Assembly (NCBI GenBank): GCA_977030845.1
Contig: OZ365112.1
Coordinates: forward strand, 10,168,001-10,232,000
Direction: 5' to 3'
Length of the DNA: 64,000 nt
DNA from: Fimbriosthenelais zetlandica
Lineage: Eukaryota
Position numbers and translations under genes: made by a program. This document shows positions 1-12,949 of the stretch, piece after piece. The notes under the pieces are model-generated. The model had not been told where the DNA came from. It did not search any database and saw nothing but the letters and a program-made list of their open reading frames with translations. Numbering within the stretch: the stretch's first letter is position 1; each line of letters opens with the position of its first letter.

Positions 1-1049
1 ACCTAATATCAGTGATCGATGGGGCAGGAGAAGAAAGGAGGGAGGAGGCCCTTTTCCTATATGCAGGCCAGATCGATTGTCTATCGTTAAGAGTAGTCTT
101 AAGTACATGTACCATAAACACTGGCTCTATCATTAGAACCAATCAATGTACAGCCCATGTTACAGCATCATGTTTTAGGTGCATGCACCTACATCACGAT
201 CATGTGTGTTTTATAAGTAAAACGTGTTGCTCATTTACAAAAAATAACATTAATAAAAAACGGCTTATCAAAAAACGGCTTATCAAAACCTATTTGTTGG
301 CCAATGGAACATACTGCCCTCTTTTAGAGTTTTGTGGAAATTCGTGACCAACAATTCTAGTGATTCATAAGCTGAAATAAGCCTGAAACGTTGTATTCTT
401 CAAATTAATTTGGCTAAATTCTGATTGATTATGTGTGTTTTCCCTTGCATTGTGCAAAAATAACTAGCACCATATTCTCGTATGAATGAGGGTGAGACCC
501 TGGAATTCTCCCGCATGCTAATGATATATAGCTAGGTGTGAAACATGAGAATGACTTGTAGCAAATGACTGGGGAGAAGCTATCACAGAGATAGGTACGT
601 TTAAATGTAACGTCCATGCCCTATATCAATCACACAACAACTAATGGCTAACCCCGTCGTGTTGCCATATACCATTATCTATATCCTGGTTCTTGTGCTA
701 GCCAATAAACCATGTTATATTATTTATAACTTATTTCTACGAATGATACGAATGAACGTTGATGCATACCTTGAATAGTTTGGTTCTTTTATTATAGCTA
801 GTCTACCAATTATCGATAGCATTTCCACTGATACTGAATATTCCCATGCGATTTGACATTTTTGCATTTATACTAATCTATACAGCAGTTGTATTAGGTG
901 TAACATTAACTGCAAAATATACATATGTGAGAAAATTGAAATGTCAATGAGGGCATGTGATAGACTATATGATTCTCCCCATCTCGATCTAAATTATCAT
1001 GTAGACAGTCATTGAGTAGAAAAAAGCATTGAAGAGACTAGAGAAAAAT

Positions 1050-1215
1050 GCTCGTCTAAAATTTTTATTCAGCCGACCAACGGCTGTAAAGCTTAGCCCC
1101 AGTGACCTATTCTCTAATGCTAGACACAATGGATACTATTTTCTCTGTCCCTCCATTCTGCCTACTCATAGAAATAGCCTAGAATGGGCCGTCCATTATC
1201 CCATTGTGTTTGCAT
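1050..1215 (+). mobile_element. Decayed Ngaro/DIRS-like RT fragment (core)
   Basis: In ORF 1029-1268: LKFLFSR, LSPSD, GYYF..LP, SLEWAV-HY...F, collinear with recalled IKSAFR, IHPED, GKYYFD.CLP, ALEWI, HYLDDF; internal deletion implied. Confidence 0.5.
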
Positions 1216-2084
1216 CGCTCCAACCTATTACCCTCTCTCGATCCCTTATCTTTAGGGATAAATGGTGATTTGGCGCCATCATTCTTTCCAAGAAAAAAGG
1301 TCGGAGGTAAAAAAAAAAAATACATCAGTTGGTAGAGATGAATGAGAATTTGAAAAGTCTTGCATAATTGTGTAGTTACAGAATAAGGAAACACAGAATT
1401 AACTTGATAATACCTTAAATTCGTTATAAAGATAAATTTAAGCCATTGAAGATTTAATGGATTCCCGAATGGTTTTGAGTTAATCCACTACACATTAAAG
1501 ATGGGTTGTGGGTTCTCTGATCCCCATGAAGACAAACCTTAATTAAGAACCCTACCTGGATCAATTCATCTATAGTAAACCACATATTTCAATTAAAAAC
1601 TGATTTATCCTTAGAACCAACTCGGAGATTTAACATTTTTAATTGGTTCTTTTTCAAAATGACAATTTGTAATCAGGACCTGAATCAGTGGTAATATCTG
1701 TCATTTAAGGATGGCTATTTCTGATTATACACTAATGCCCGTTGGTAATAACCATTCATCCAATATGGAAATTAATCCCCAAGCTCATTAGATTTGTTAC
1801 AATGTTCACTCGCCCAGGCGCTCCTTGGTAATTTGCATAGGTGTTGTCTTCCGATTATTGGATGGAGGCAGAGTGAATGCTCTATTTCCATTTAAAGGAA
1901 ATATTTCCCCGTTTAAATTATGAGCATTTAAATTATATTTTTTGAACCCATTACTCAAGTGGTGACAGTCAAAGTTATTTAAATGATACGGTGTATAAAT
2001 GGCTTACTATAATTTTACGCTAAATTATGTGATTTTTTTCGTAATTTATTCTTCACTGTTTCAATCTATTAAATAAATTTTCAG

Positions 2085-2126
2085 ATGGACTGGCGAGACC
2101 CACTTTAGATGTGATCCCAAATTGGG
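2085..2126 (+). CDS. Candidate 42 bp frame-preserving microexon of an unidentified host gene
   Basis: Acceptor aaataaattttcAG after a long T/A-rich tract and donor GGG|gtaagt. Length is a multiple of 3 and two frames are open (xDGLARPTLDVIPNWG phase 1; WTGETHFRCDPKLG phase 2). Peptide not recognised. Confidence 0.35.
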
Positions 2127-2249
2127 GTAAGTTTCCAATTTTTTGTTACAATGGTTTGTATGCCAACACTGGTACTCGTGCTGAATACGATCCTATAGTA
2201 AAACCATGTATAAACATTTTCAGCCATTTGATTGTTTGTACTGGCTATC

Positions 2250-2430
2250 GTAAAGATGAGAGAAAACAAGGGATATCAAGAGATATGATTTCCCGGCGTG
2301 TGTAACCCGAGTAGGGATGAGTGCCATTCCCCTGGGATACATGCGAGTAGCGCATGATGGTGGTGATTGATCTTTCCCCTGTATTTCTCCCAGAAATTTA
2401 TATTTATTAGCACCAGGTGCGCTGTTTTCT
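2250..2430 (-). mobile_element. Decayed Ngaro-like RT N-terminal fragment
   Basis: LGEIQGKDQSPP (about 2393-2358) vs recalled LGRIAGPFDSPP, 7/12 identical without gaps; followed by P.G..LIP and GK..LLI...S (SPLGLVPKK.PGKFRLI..LS). Confidence 0.6.
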
Positions 2431-2931
2431 ATATGGGCGCAATATGATCCATGTACTCGAGACATAAAAACCAAGGCATGGGTGGGGATGGTCGGGTATT
2501 TACCGGAGTATAGGGGGCATTGCTCCCCCATAAAGGTAAATTACATCCCTCTTTATTACAACATTCCCCTATTGTACCTCTCACATCCAAGTGATAAGAT
2601 AACCCCACTGATTCCCCGGTTATTTTATATTATTGGCATTCAGATTTATGTGGGATCGAGCCTCAGCTTAGTATATATGTGATATACATTAACATGGCAA
2701 TTTCACTCATATCTTGCTAACATTTCAGGGAAACATTTTGGCTTTTTCATCCATCTATATTTTTGATTTTTTGGGGTGGGCCTGTAAGCTTGTGGGTGAG
2801 GCTGGCAACATTCCAGAGAGAACTAATGATAATGAGAACCTCCTGAGTTCCCCACTTAATTAACCCCGGCTAATCATTGCCAGAAGTTAAGAAGAATGTA
2901 CTCCATGTGTATTGAACCGCTATAGCCGAAC

Positions 2932-2966
2932 CAAGTATGGTACGCCTCTTAGGCGGAACATACTTG
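2932..2966. repeat. Imperfect hairpin (16 bp stem, 2 mismatches, 3 nt loop)
   Basis: caagtatggtacgcct-ctt-aggcggaacatacttg. Confidence 0.7.
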
Positions 2967-3109
2967 TATATGTAGCTTTTTATGAGGTAACTGACATTTC
3001 AAGGGCGTTTCAAAGGGATAACATTCATTCTTGAAGACCTTGACATTGAATCATTGGATTTAAAATGTCTCAGACATTAGGGCAGCTATCAGAGGGGAAA
3101 ACTGAAGAA

Positions 3110-3610
3110 AAAATATGCCAACAAACAACAATGCAGTAGCTGGCAGCAGGTCATTTGGAAATGAATTCCAGTGAAGGAGATGAGATGGATTCATGGGCCT
3201 TTTAGGGTCCAGTTTCAGCTCCCCCACCTTCAGTGACCGACCCCTATAGTAGTGAGAGGAGCCCCCCATCAGAAGCCCTTCACGTCCAGGACTGACCACC
3301 AGGGGGGTCAAGCTAATCCATGTAGGTCAATCACCTGAGCATCCACCACCTGGGCTACCCAGCCTTCCCAACCTGCCCAGCCTTCCCAGCTCTTGCTGGC
3401 TTAACCTCCTCCCGCCTCAGATCTGGTGCTGGCTTGGTAGGCAAGGCTCACTGCCATATCAAATGTAGGGAGATAGGAAGGCTTTTGGTGTTCTCTCTCT
3501 TTGTCCTTCTCTTTTAGGTCACTGTGTCTTGAGAGCAACGCACGGCAGTATTTAGTACACTGGTAATGCAATCGCTCTTCGTTTGATGGCTTTTTGATTA
3601 TAGCAATTTT
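3110..3610 (-). mobile_element. Decayed Ngaro-like RT fragment
   Basis: KKPSNEERL (KK.PGKFRL), TFDMAVSL (SFDDAVEL) and PATALLFVGI (PSTCITFLGI) in the expected order across two frames. Confidence 0.55.
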
Positions 3611-4939
3611 ATTCATAATCATTATTTGAATAAAAATGATGTGAAAATGATTGATATCCAAGTTGCAAAGATCTATGGATTAGCAGGTTCTACTTGGACT
3701 ACTCCTAATGCAAGATAAGCATGGCGTTGCTCTGTTTTACCTCTCTATCTCCCTATCCCCCACCCTCTCTCTCCCCTAATCTCTACTATCTTTCTTTGCC
3801 TGTGTCTCACATGTCCAAGAAGTAGGTCAGAACATTATGGATCAGGTTGAGGTGAGAAGGTTCTTCCCTTTGAGTGTGCCACGAATATTTTTGGCAATGG
3901 TCTGCAATTTCATCTTCCCTGAAATTTGACATTAATTTTCGATCTGCTTGTGCCAGATCCACAATATCGGGCTACATGCATCCTATGGTAATTCCAAACT
4001 ATACATAGGTTATTGTAATCAGGTCCGAATTTTTTTTGCACACTTAACTAGTAGGATTTACGGCCCTATTTGCATATAATGTGACATGTACCTCACTCAT
4101 TTTACCAAGTCACATTTTCCCTCCACTGCGTGGTTTATTTGAGTGTGACCATGCATCTCATTTCATATGCAGACGGTACCGATTGCAAAAGAACAACAGT
4201 GGTTGTCTCTGAAGATAAACAAATGTAAACCCAGCCTCGGCCACCTCATGGAGATCCGGCCTCCAAGCTTCTGTTTATTTTCTTCCATTGTTTGACCGAA
4301 TATAAACAGAGTTTGATGTGGTCGATGTACCCAGCCAGACGCTACTGAACCAGCACTGAGAAAACTGAGTCATTGGACCATTTAAAATAAAAATAAATAA
4401 ATCCATCCTGCTCCACTTGTCTCAGGATGGATGAGTCAGCCAGGGTAATGTTAAAATTTCACGCAGGATGGGCAATTATTATACAATTTCTAATCCAACA
4501 ACAACCCTATATAAGATATAGTAAATTTAGTCAATGCAAAATGATGTACATGATTATGTATAATTGTACTCATGGGTATGCTCAATCATAGAATACATGG
4601 ACACTTGCCTCATGTTATAGCATTATTTCACTTGATAAGCCATAAACCTCATGTATGATTAACAATGAGATATCCCACACATGGCCTCGCCTGGCACATC
4701 CACCACTCACTCCTTTCCCACACCCCCTCTTAACCTCAAATAGCGTGAGCCTGAAAATGAAAAGCTTTCCTGAAGATGCCATATTTCCCACCTTCCTTTT
4801 CCCTTCCCCCTCCAAGACACAGGTTAAAAAAATATACCTCTTGCAGTTTATTATCGGGAATGCAGAGAATTAAGATTGTTATATGCTTTTGAAATGCCAT
4901 TGCATGGAGGGGAATGGCTCGTTGTCCTGAATTGAATGC

Positions 4940-5390
4940 ATGGATCTATGAAAGCAGCCCCTGTCCCCATGTATCACTGTTTGCTTTGACAGTGCGAAAA
5001 TTGCTGATTCAGCACTATTCAAAAGTCACTATGGCAGTACAGCATGCTGTGTCTAGCTATCTAATATATATTAATCAATATTCATTACCAAGGACCTGCA
5101 TATTTCACGAGAGACATCGCCCAGTTTGCAATACGTCCAGATGCATGTAATATTAGGTCTCAATGTTATAAATATGCTTGCCTGAAGACATTCCAATTGG
5201 CTTCTGAATTATTACCGAATCGTGCATAAATGATTCAATCAGATATTGCATCTTGGCTGCATAAGGGCTTCATTTCAACACAACCCTGGTGCTTCATAAT
5301 AATGCTAAAAGTCCATTGAATGGTCATGGAATTTATGGCATTTCTAGCCTCTCCTACCCAGACTCACAAATAGACGTTTCTGGGGTGTGA
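4940..5390 (+). mobile_element. Decayed Ngaro-like RT fragment
   Basis: YESSPCPHVS..L.VRK (FDSPPFP..HVSPLGLVPKK), later IEW (LEW) and TFLG (TFLGI). Confidence 0.5.
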
Positions 5391-5550
5391 TGCAGCCAGA
5401 TAACAGCAAATATTGGTATGGAGGGTTTCAAAGCAATGCCCTCAGAGGATTCAGCTAGCAATGCCCTGTGCCCTCCATGCTATCATCCACATTTCGTTCA
5501 ATAAGGGCCAGGGGCAGTACTTCTGTTAGAATGCCAGTTGCGCCTTGTAT

Positions 5551-5645
5551 GTGGGTGGGTGGGTGGGTGGGTGGGACTGTAAAGGGAGGGGGAGAGAGGT
5601 AGAGGGAGGGGGAGAGAGGTAGAGAGAGGGGGAAAGAGAGAGTAG
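5551..5645. repeat. (GGGT)n microsatellite plus GA-rich tandem repeat
   Basis: gtgggtgggtgggtgggtgggtggg followed by about two copies of a 20 bp unit agggggagagaggtagaggg. Confidence 0.9.
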
Positions 5646-6199
5646 GCAATGTGATGATAATCGGTCTGGGCATGGGGGACCGGAAGAGACGCAAGACCAG
5701 GGATAAAGGTACACGATCCAATACGTCACATCCAGGCTTTTTATACCCCTCCTGTGTTCACTCTAGTGGTAGGCAGGACAAATGTCTACCCCGCCAACCA
5801 CCCACATCTCACTGTCATTTAAACACAACACAGGCACCAAGATCTCAGATGTCCTAGCCTCTGAAGAGCTTGTAGCTGGTGCTACGCTAGACTAAACACC
5901 ATTGCTGACACGGCTTTGATTCATATCTACCGGTTTCCATTGCGCGTTCCACATCGCGGACCGTATACCATTCACAGTGCCATCAATTCCATGAATCTCT
6001 CACGGAGCGGGAGGGATCACCAACCTGGCTTCAGACCTCGTTTGTCCCTTGGCCTTGGCTTTGCCACCCAGAACCTCCAAGATGGCACCTGAAAATAGAG
6101 TCAGCCCTGCCCTGCTCTCCCCTTTGGCCAGTCCTAATAGATCTAATCTGAACCAAAGCTGTTGACGGAGGCGTGCGCTGCATCTGTAGCCATACTCGC

Positions 6200-7040
6200 C
6201 TAGTCATTGTGCTAGTAGTGGCTTCGGGGAGCACTTTGCCGAATTCCAACAAGATCGCTAGAGATTTGCCTTGCCAAGCTGAGGCTCTCACAGTGGAAGG
6301 TTTAGATTGGCGAATGCAAGGTATACACGTACTCGAGCACTTCCCAGTCTAATTGACTCTACTTAGCAGCCATGCTTCCATTGCAAAGGTACATACCCCT
6401 TATGGCTGTCAATACAGATCGAGTTCCAGAGTCAATACATACAGGGTATGGCTTCCTACTTGTATCTCCATTTCTTGGCCTCATAACGATTGCTACACCT
6501 CCTTTAAGGATCATCGATTGCATTGGAATCACCGTAGCCTCGTCCCATATCAACCCTCGACAGATCCCTCTGGCCCACACCCCAACTATTAACTATCCTT
6601 ATGGCTTTTTGAGTGCTACAAAAGAGCCTAGTAAACCGAGGTATTAGACCCTGATCCATGCTGAAATGTCAACCCCAACCCAACACACCCATTTCTGCTA
6701 TCAAGTCGGAGCAATTTACACTGAGCAAAAGCATTAATATGTTAAGGATAGTATCCATGATACAAGTGTCCACAGTAATGAATGGCTCGAGCCATTATCA
6801 ATCAACCCGACCATGGCCACTCTGCATGGCCGTGCACTGTAAATCATCATTTTTTTCTGCTACCATTGCCATGAATGATAATTTTACTGTCGCCTGCATC
6901 ATCACTGTAATAGAGAGCTAATGAAATGACCCCCACACCCACTTGGGCCTAGTACAAGTAGCCTTCTGCCACCGGAACACTGTTCCCTCCAACGCCCAAA
7001 GCAGGAGAATTACATGGCTGATCAGGTTTGCTCCCCTCAA
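6200..7040 (+). mobile_element. Decayed Ngaro-like RT-RNase H relic
   Basis: In order: LDW..GIHVLEHF (6323-6343; IHYLDDF), WNHRS..STDPSG (WNG..TDASG), WPLCMAVH (FPIVVAVH), DNFTVACII (DN.AVV.II), PKQENYMAD (PG..N..AD). Confidence 0.55.
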
Positions 7041-7669
7041 CATAAACTGATCGATGGCCGATATTGATTATTTATCTGAAAGGCCCGGGGACCAAGCATG
7101 CATGGTGATTCGTACTGCTTTTCAAACTTTGAGCGTGCAATCAAGCTTTTCATCAGTTAAAAATGCAAAGAATTCATTATGAATGAGCAGAAATTTTGAC
7201 AAAACAGCCCATTTAAGTCCGATTCTACATTGATTAACGAGTGAGTACTTCCTCAACCCATTTCAGGTTATACATGGATTATTGAAGGGTATTGAACGCG
7301 ATTTTTAACACTATATTGCCGGATTAGTCCGGAAGATTTGATCGATTAGATGTCTCATACATTCGACATACTGGTACATTATCATGAAACGCATTAATGT
7401 TAATTTACCTCACATTTGCCAACGTATACACGAAGAAGCATAGGTCCGAAAATGAGAAAGTGATTGGGAAATGCTTCTGGACTCATGCAGCAAACATTAT
7501 TTGTCAATCGAAGGGTCATTTGATTGGAAAAGATGACGGGAAGATGGAAGGGTCTAACCTAGTGAATCCTCCACCATCATCTCACTTTACTTAGTGATAC
7601 GTTCTCAAAGACTGACGGTTCGTTACTTTAAAGAGAATCAAGTGTCGGGTTCCTTTATTAAGATGGGAA

Positions 7670-8370
7670 AAGTAAATGGAGCGTTCCAAGACGCTACCTC
7701 TCAGAAACAGACACCAACCTACGTCAGCTTATTGATTTTATTCCCTTTCTCCCTTTTTCTTCCCCCTTCTTACACCCACTCCCTTTTGAAGACAAAATAC
7801 ACAAAGGATAAAAACATGTCTTTTTCATAGATCAAAAGTGATATGATTGTATGACAGTAGGGAGTTGAGTGGAGATGGTGTGAGGTGTGAATCTTTGCTT
7901 AAGGTGGGACGAGTCTCTTTGGAATCATCCAGAAAAAGTCTTTCCAGGTGGATGGATCGGATGTAAGTAGGGCCACATAATAGGTATAAGCCAATGGAAC
8001 TGGGCAGCAATTGCCTTACGCCCCATTTGATGTGGAAGGAAAAACTGGTCTGTTGCCTAACGCGAAGGGTGAGGGGAGCCACAAGAGACATTTCTAAACC
8101 TCGACAAGTGCTTAGAAGCAAATGGGCGGAGCGGATTGATTCAATTGGATCCCAGGCCTGTTTAGAGTCGGTTCAGTGGGGAACACTTTAGAAACAATCA
8201 TATTCACTGGCCTGCATCCTTACAAGGCTATTTCCTTGATCCTGGATCCAACGGTGAAGCCGGTGGATGGAATGCGGTATATCTTCAAACATACTGCGGC
8301 GTTCTGGAAGCCATCTATCCCATCCAGCTGTGTGCCAGTCCCTCTTCTGCTTCTTCCCCAATGGTTTCAT
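7670..8370 (-). mobile_element. Decayed Ngaro-like RT (-RNase H start) relic
   Basis: PLGKKQK (PLGLVPKK), PERRSMFEDIP (PEGSSVNDGIP, same spacing), IKWG..LLP, FLDDS (about 7935-7921; YLDDF), then DVGWCLFL..SWN (DL.WW..FL..WN). Confidence 0.55.
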
Positions 8371-9024
8371 GCCAAAAATATTAAAATTAAATTCCTTCAT
8401 CCAAGGGTATCCACACTGGACTCACATTTCCACACTATACGTTTGCTGCATCCATATTCATCAAGGTGCTGGGAAACCTTTTCTGTTGATACATTTGAGA
8501 TCTTTCATCCTATTTGAAGCCATCACCAATTCCCAGTGTATTTCAGCACATTCTTATATGATATATTCTCCCTCAAAGGGTGAGACATATTCAACAGGAA
8601 GCTGTGTTTAGGTTCACCTTGACATGTCTAGCTGAACATTTCATCGCCCCATGGGTACTATTAACTTAGATCAATACATGACTGGTCGCTATGACCTTGT
8701 CCATGACTCTAACGTTCTAGAACAGCCTATAGACACACTAAAATGCAGTCCTATTACTGACATGACAGCAGACTGACATATATGTCACTATGGTGTCGGC
8801 TGAAGAGGTGACACTGACAGATGGAAATTTTCAAGGGAATTTATTTATACATCCATTTATTGTATAATTATGTACGTACACATGAATATACACATGCAGG
8901 TGTATAATGCACACACATTGACATTTTCTCTTATATTATATGTCCTATGCTGATATAGAGTGATATATGCATAAAGCATGGGTAGGTCATATGCAGGGAT
9001 TGATGGCAAAGACATTTAGGCCCT

Positions 9025-9150
9025 TTCATCCCTGTTCTCCCCTCCCGCTCCTTTTCCCATCTTTCCTCTGTTCCATCACATTCCTCAGTCCCCCTCTCTA
9101 TACACCTTCCTTCATCTCTTCTCCTTCCTCTCCTCCCCCTCTTCCTCCTC
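9025..9150. repeat. Pyrimidine-rich low-complexity tract
   Basis: Near-continuous C/T run on the + strand. Confidence 0.85.
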
Positions 9151-9894
9151 GCCCGTCATCTATGGTATGGCTTGGGGAGGAAGCCATATTAGGAAGTGGC
9201 TTCAGTCGTCAGAGCATCGGGCTTCAAAGCAGGCCAACAAGTGAGAGACAGAATGAGTGGCAGAATTGTATTGTGGCAAAGCAACGAGTCAACGGGCTCA
9301 CCACTTGGCAAGTCCTATACAATACTGAGATATTTCAGATGAGCTGGACAGCCTGCCCAAGCTTAGACGTGTCTATTCATATAGAAGAGACAGGCTATAA
9401 ATGGACCAAGTTTCAACTTCCATACTAATATCCAATGGAGAAACTTTTAAGTGACCATTTAGCAGTTTCTGCTTTCATTTTACCCTGAATTGCAGCATTG
9501 CTCCACTAAACTCTGATGCATTTGAGAATCATTAGCAAAAGTAGTTTGCCGTTGCCTTTAGACGGAAGTTTTCAAGTGCTTGACAGAACATAAATTGTAG
9601 GAAGCTTCTGCCTGAAGGTCATGGACTCCATCAAAATATGTTTTATTCAAATTTGACTGACAGGCAAAAGACAGATCTATATGGACAGTCTAATTCAGAG
9701 ATACAGTGGTCTGTCCATCAGTTAAGCTGCTGTTATATAGGAACTAGCCACAGATAAAGACTGTCTCATAGAAGCTGTCTCACGGCAGCGAGATGGTCAG
9801 CTCTAATACCTAGGAAGCTTATAATGGTCAGTCTATGGAGAGATGGGAGGCAGTGAGAGAGCGACAGTGTGGTGGTTCCCACTGGACATGCACT

Positions 9895-9945
9895 CTCAGT
9901 GGTGGCGGTGGTGGTGGGTGGGTGGTGCTGGTTGGTGGTGGTGGC
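9895..9945. repeat. (GGT)n-like microsatellite
   Basis: ggtggcggtggtggtgggtgggtggtgctggttggtggtggtgg. Confidence 0.85.
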
Positions 9946-12900
9946 AGGTAGGATGTCCAGGTAGCACAGCAAAGGCACCATTTCAGCACCACCCTGCCAG
10001 CATTGGCCATTGCCTTCCCACAGGTACTGCCTTGTGCAAGCCGCCTGTTCCGAGAGAGATTCAGAGAGAGAGAGGGAGATGGAGAGTTGCAGCCGACCAG
10101 CAGCACCAAGAGAGGCTAGTAGCAACCTAGGAAACCATTTCACCACGAGTGACGTCAATGAAATCGGCCCCGTGTGTCTTGGCAGGAAAAAGTCTCATGC
10201 ACAGACCAGATGGTTAGCTACATTCTAGAGGAAATACATCCATCTTCCTCCAACATCAACTCAATACTGTTAGCGCTCGTAGAACCACTGCCTTCCACAA
10301 GCCTTATGCATTCTTGACATAATATCTCGTTTTCGTTGCAATAATGTTCAAATCCAGCATACAATCCCTATAGATGCTTGGGTCCAAGTGAGCTAGCCTA
10401 TTATGTGCAAGATTAGAAAATATAGCTTTCAGCATCGAATGCAATAATGCAATAGTCCAAAGGTCATTGCCTTTTGCATTGCATGTGTAATAGATTTTGT
10501 AACCTATAATAGAACCCCCCTGACGAACATATTTTGATTCCAGAATGGAAAATATTTGAGATATTATAATAAACGGTGGCCTATCCTCACAGCGAGAGCT
10601 AAATCTATAAAGTGGCTAGGTTGAGAGCATTATAGAATCGAGTTATTGGCTACCGTTGCAGAATACATGACACGATAGCGTGAGCAATAGCTTCCACAGC
10701 TAGCCCGCCGTTTATTTTCATAGATAAATTGCTTTCGGCATCGCGCTGAATTATTTGGCTCTTTTCAACTCAGATAAAATTCCAATGAGAATGAGGAGAG
10801 CCTCGTTAGACCTGAGCCTGTTGTAGCCAATAGGTCGTGCGACCAAATACCCAGCCTATCTTCAAGGGCCAAACACTAGAGTGAGGAGGGAAAAAATCTA
10901 TAGCTTGGAATCATCACCGCTGCCAGTAGTACTATTGCTTCTGTTTTCAAGCACGCCTAAAATGTCAGTGGAAAACAAAATGTCAGTACTTCCAAAATCG
11001 ACCTGAGGAAAGCTTTAATTAATCTTTCCATTAGCGGAAGGCAATAAGGATTAATTAGATAGACATCTAAATAAGTAATGGCAAGCTGTTAAGGACTGGA
11101 AGGGGCAAATGTTCACTACATACAGTGGGCTTTTTACCTGAAAGGTCATTCAAGAACATGGCCTTGTGTCAAATAAGCTAATGGAGAGGCATCAGCACCT
11201 AAATTGTTATCAGGCAATTCATATAGAGATAATTCTATACAGCCAGAGCATTGAACTCAGCTATCTGAGTTAAAGGATTTCACCACCATTATGATGTTTC
11301 TTGTATAAAGGGGCTTATGATTCATTAGGCGAATAACAACCTTACTCCATTGAATCCCAGCTTTAGCCACCCTCTAGCATTACATGAATGAGAAAAACGT
11401 CAGTATGAACATAGACATAAGATTGTCATACCTGTAGAGCTGCGTTCAATTAGGCAGCAGTATACCTGTACACATTAATCCTCCGTGTTTAATGTAATAT
11501 TACGCAGGGATCAATTCCAGACTTTGTATAACCACCTACGCATATCGGCTCAACACCCAATGCATTAATATAATGTCTTAACATGCCCCTGAATAGTGCA
11601 GCATAGTTTAATGTGTTTCTAGCTTGAAGGAGAAGCAGTCAATGTTAGATATGACTGTCTCTTACATCAAAGGTTGCATTTAAAAAAGGTAATGGGTCCA
11701 AATTATTCTTGTAGAAATCAAGAAATTTCTACAAAGTCTTGTAGGTTATCCTGAAGTGAAATTGCCGTTGTCGTGGTTGACCGTTTCTTAAACCAAGGAT
11801 AAAGAGAAACAAAGACGAAAACTGGCGTACAAAAGGTGTTTGTTTCAAATGAAATTAACCGTGTTCTTCATATAAAAGGGAGAAAAACTGACTCTTTCCA
11901 TTGTTGAATTCTATGGCTTTCTGCGAACAGACAAAGCTGACGGACGGATTGAGTGATTCCCAAATTCAAAGGGGAAACAAACAATTATTTAAAACATTAT
12001 TCCATTTCAATTCTTTTCCAAAGTATAATTTAAGTGACTTTTTCATTGCATGCCCTGCATATTAAGGGAAAAATTATGTGGGAAGAATTATTATAAGATA
12101 AATAGGCCTATCCATGCATGTACATATGCATACATCACACAATCACTGAATATAATATAATATTTGAGCTAGTATTATTATGTAATATCGCTAAATCTGT
12201 TCCTAAACATATGACCTACTTTCTGAATGAAAGAACATTTCTTTCCATCTAAACCGAAGAAGAATGGGTTGTCAAAGTCTAGGTGCCAGGCTTGAAATGA
12301 ACGAGCGAAGGCAAGATAATAGATATGGGTTGGAAGTGAGGTTTTAAGAACCACAGAAGGGTTTGGGTTATGAAGTATGGGTGTGAGTGTAGGGAAGTAG
12401 TTCCTTCCCATTTCCCACAATAGTGACGCCGGTGGTTTATTACAAAGTAAGGAATCATTAGAGAGCAAGCGAGCTTTTTCCCATGCCTGGAGCAAGTCCT
12501 GCTACACATGGTAAGCCAGCCTGGGTAGGGAAGGAGAGTGGGAGGGTGGGGGGCATACTGCCAGGCGGTAATTTACACAGTTGCTCCATTGCCTGAAGGT
12601 CATTACTGTGGAAGCATGGCCAGGTAATCGCTACAAGGGCAAGGTGAGAGAGCTGGTGAGAGACAGAGAGACGATGGACATTTGGAAGGAAAAAAATAAT
12701 AAAGAGAAATTCAGCAATTCAGACCTAGTCAGGTAACAGACAGTCGAAACATCTTCCTCTAAAAGTCATTGCAAATGCCAAGCACATAAATCAACTACAT
12801 AGAAAAGGTGCTATCTTTTTCTTTAGGAAAAAACCTCTAGTGAAAATAGAGCTTTTTGGTACTAGTAATATGAGGGAGGCTGCGTTTTACTCCAGGGCTT

Positions 12901-12949
12901 GGTAATCGGGCTGCATACATGAGGTGGGGAGGTGGATAAGAAGACTTAA

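Noticed and set aside
2482-2600. Plus-strand YIP...N.....LS resembling the RNase H end
   Set aside because: The opposite strand carries a much stronger RT match; this shows the false-positive risk of by-eye matching.
6010-6050. QPGFRP resembling the LINE RT motif QxGFRxxRS
   Set aside because: No flanking LINE motifs; isolated match.
12178-12495. GHMFR resembling the YR GHSFR motif downstream of relic 12950-14250
   Set aside because: Position is plausible but spacing to the LAF-like motif is inconsistent; not called on its own.
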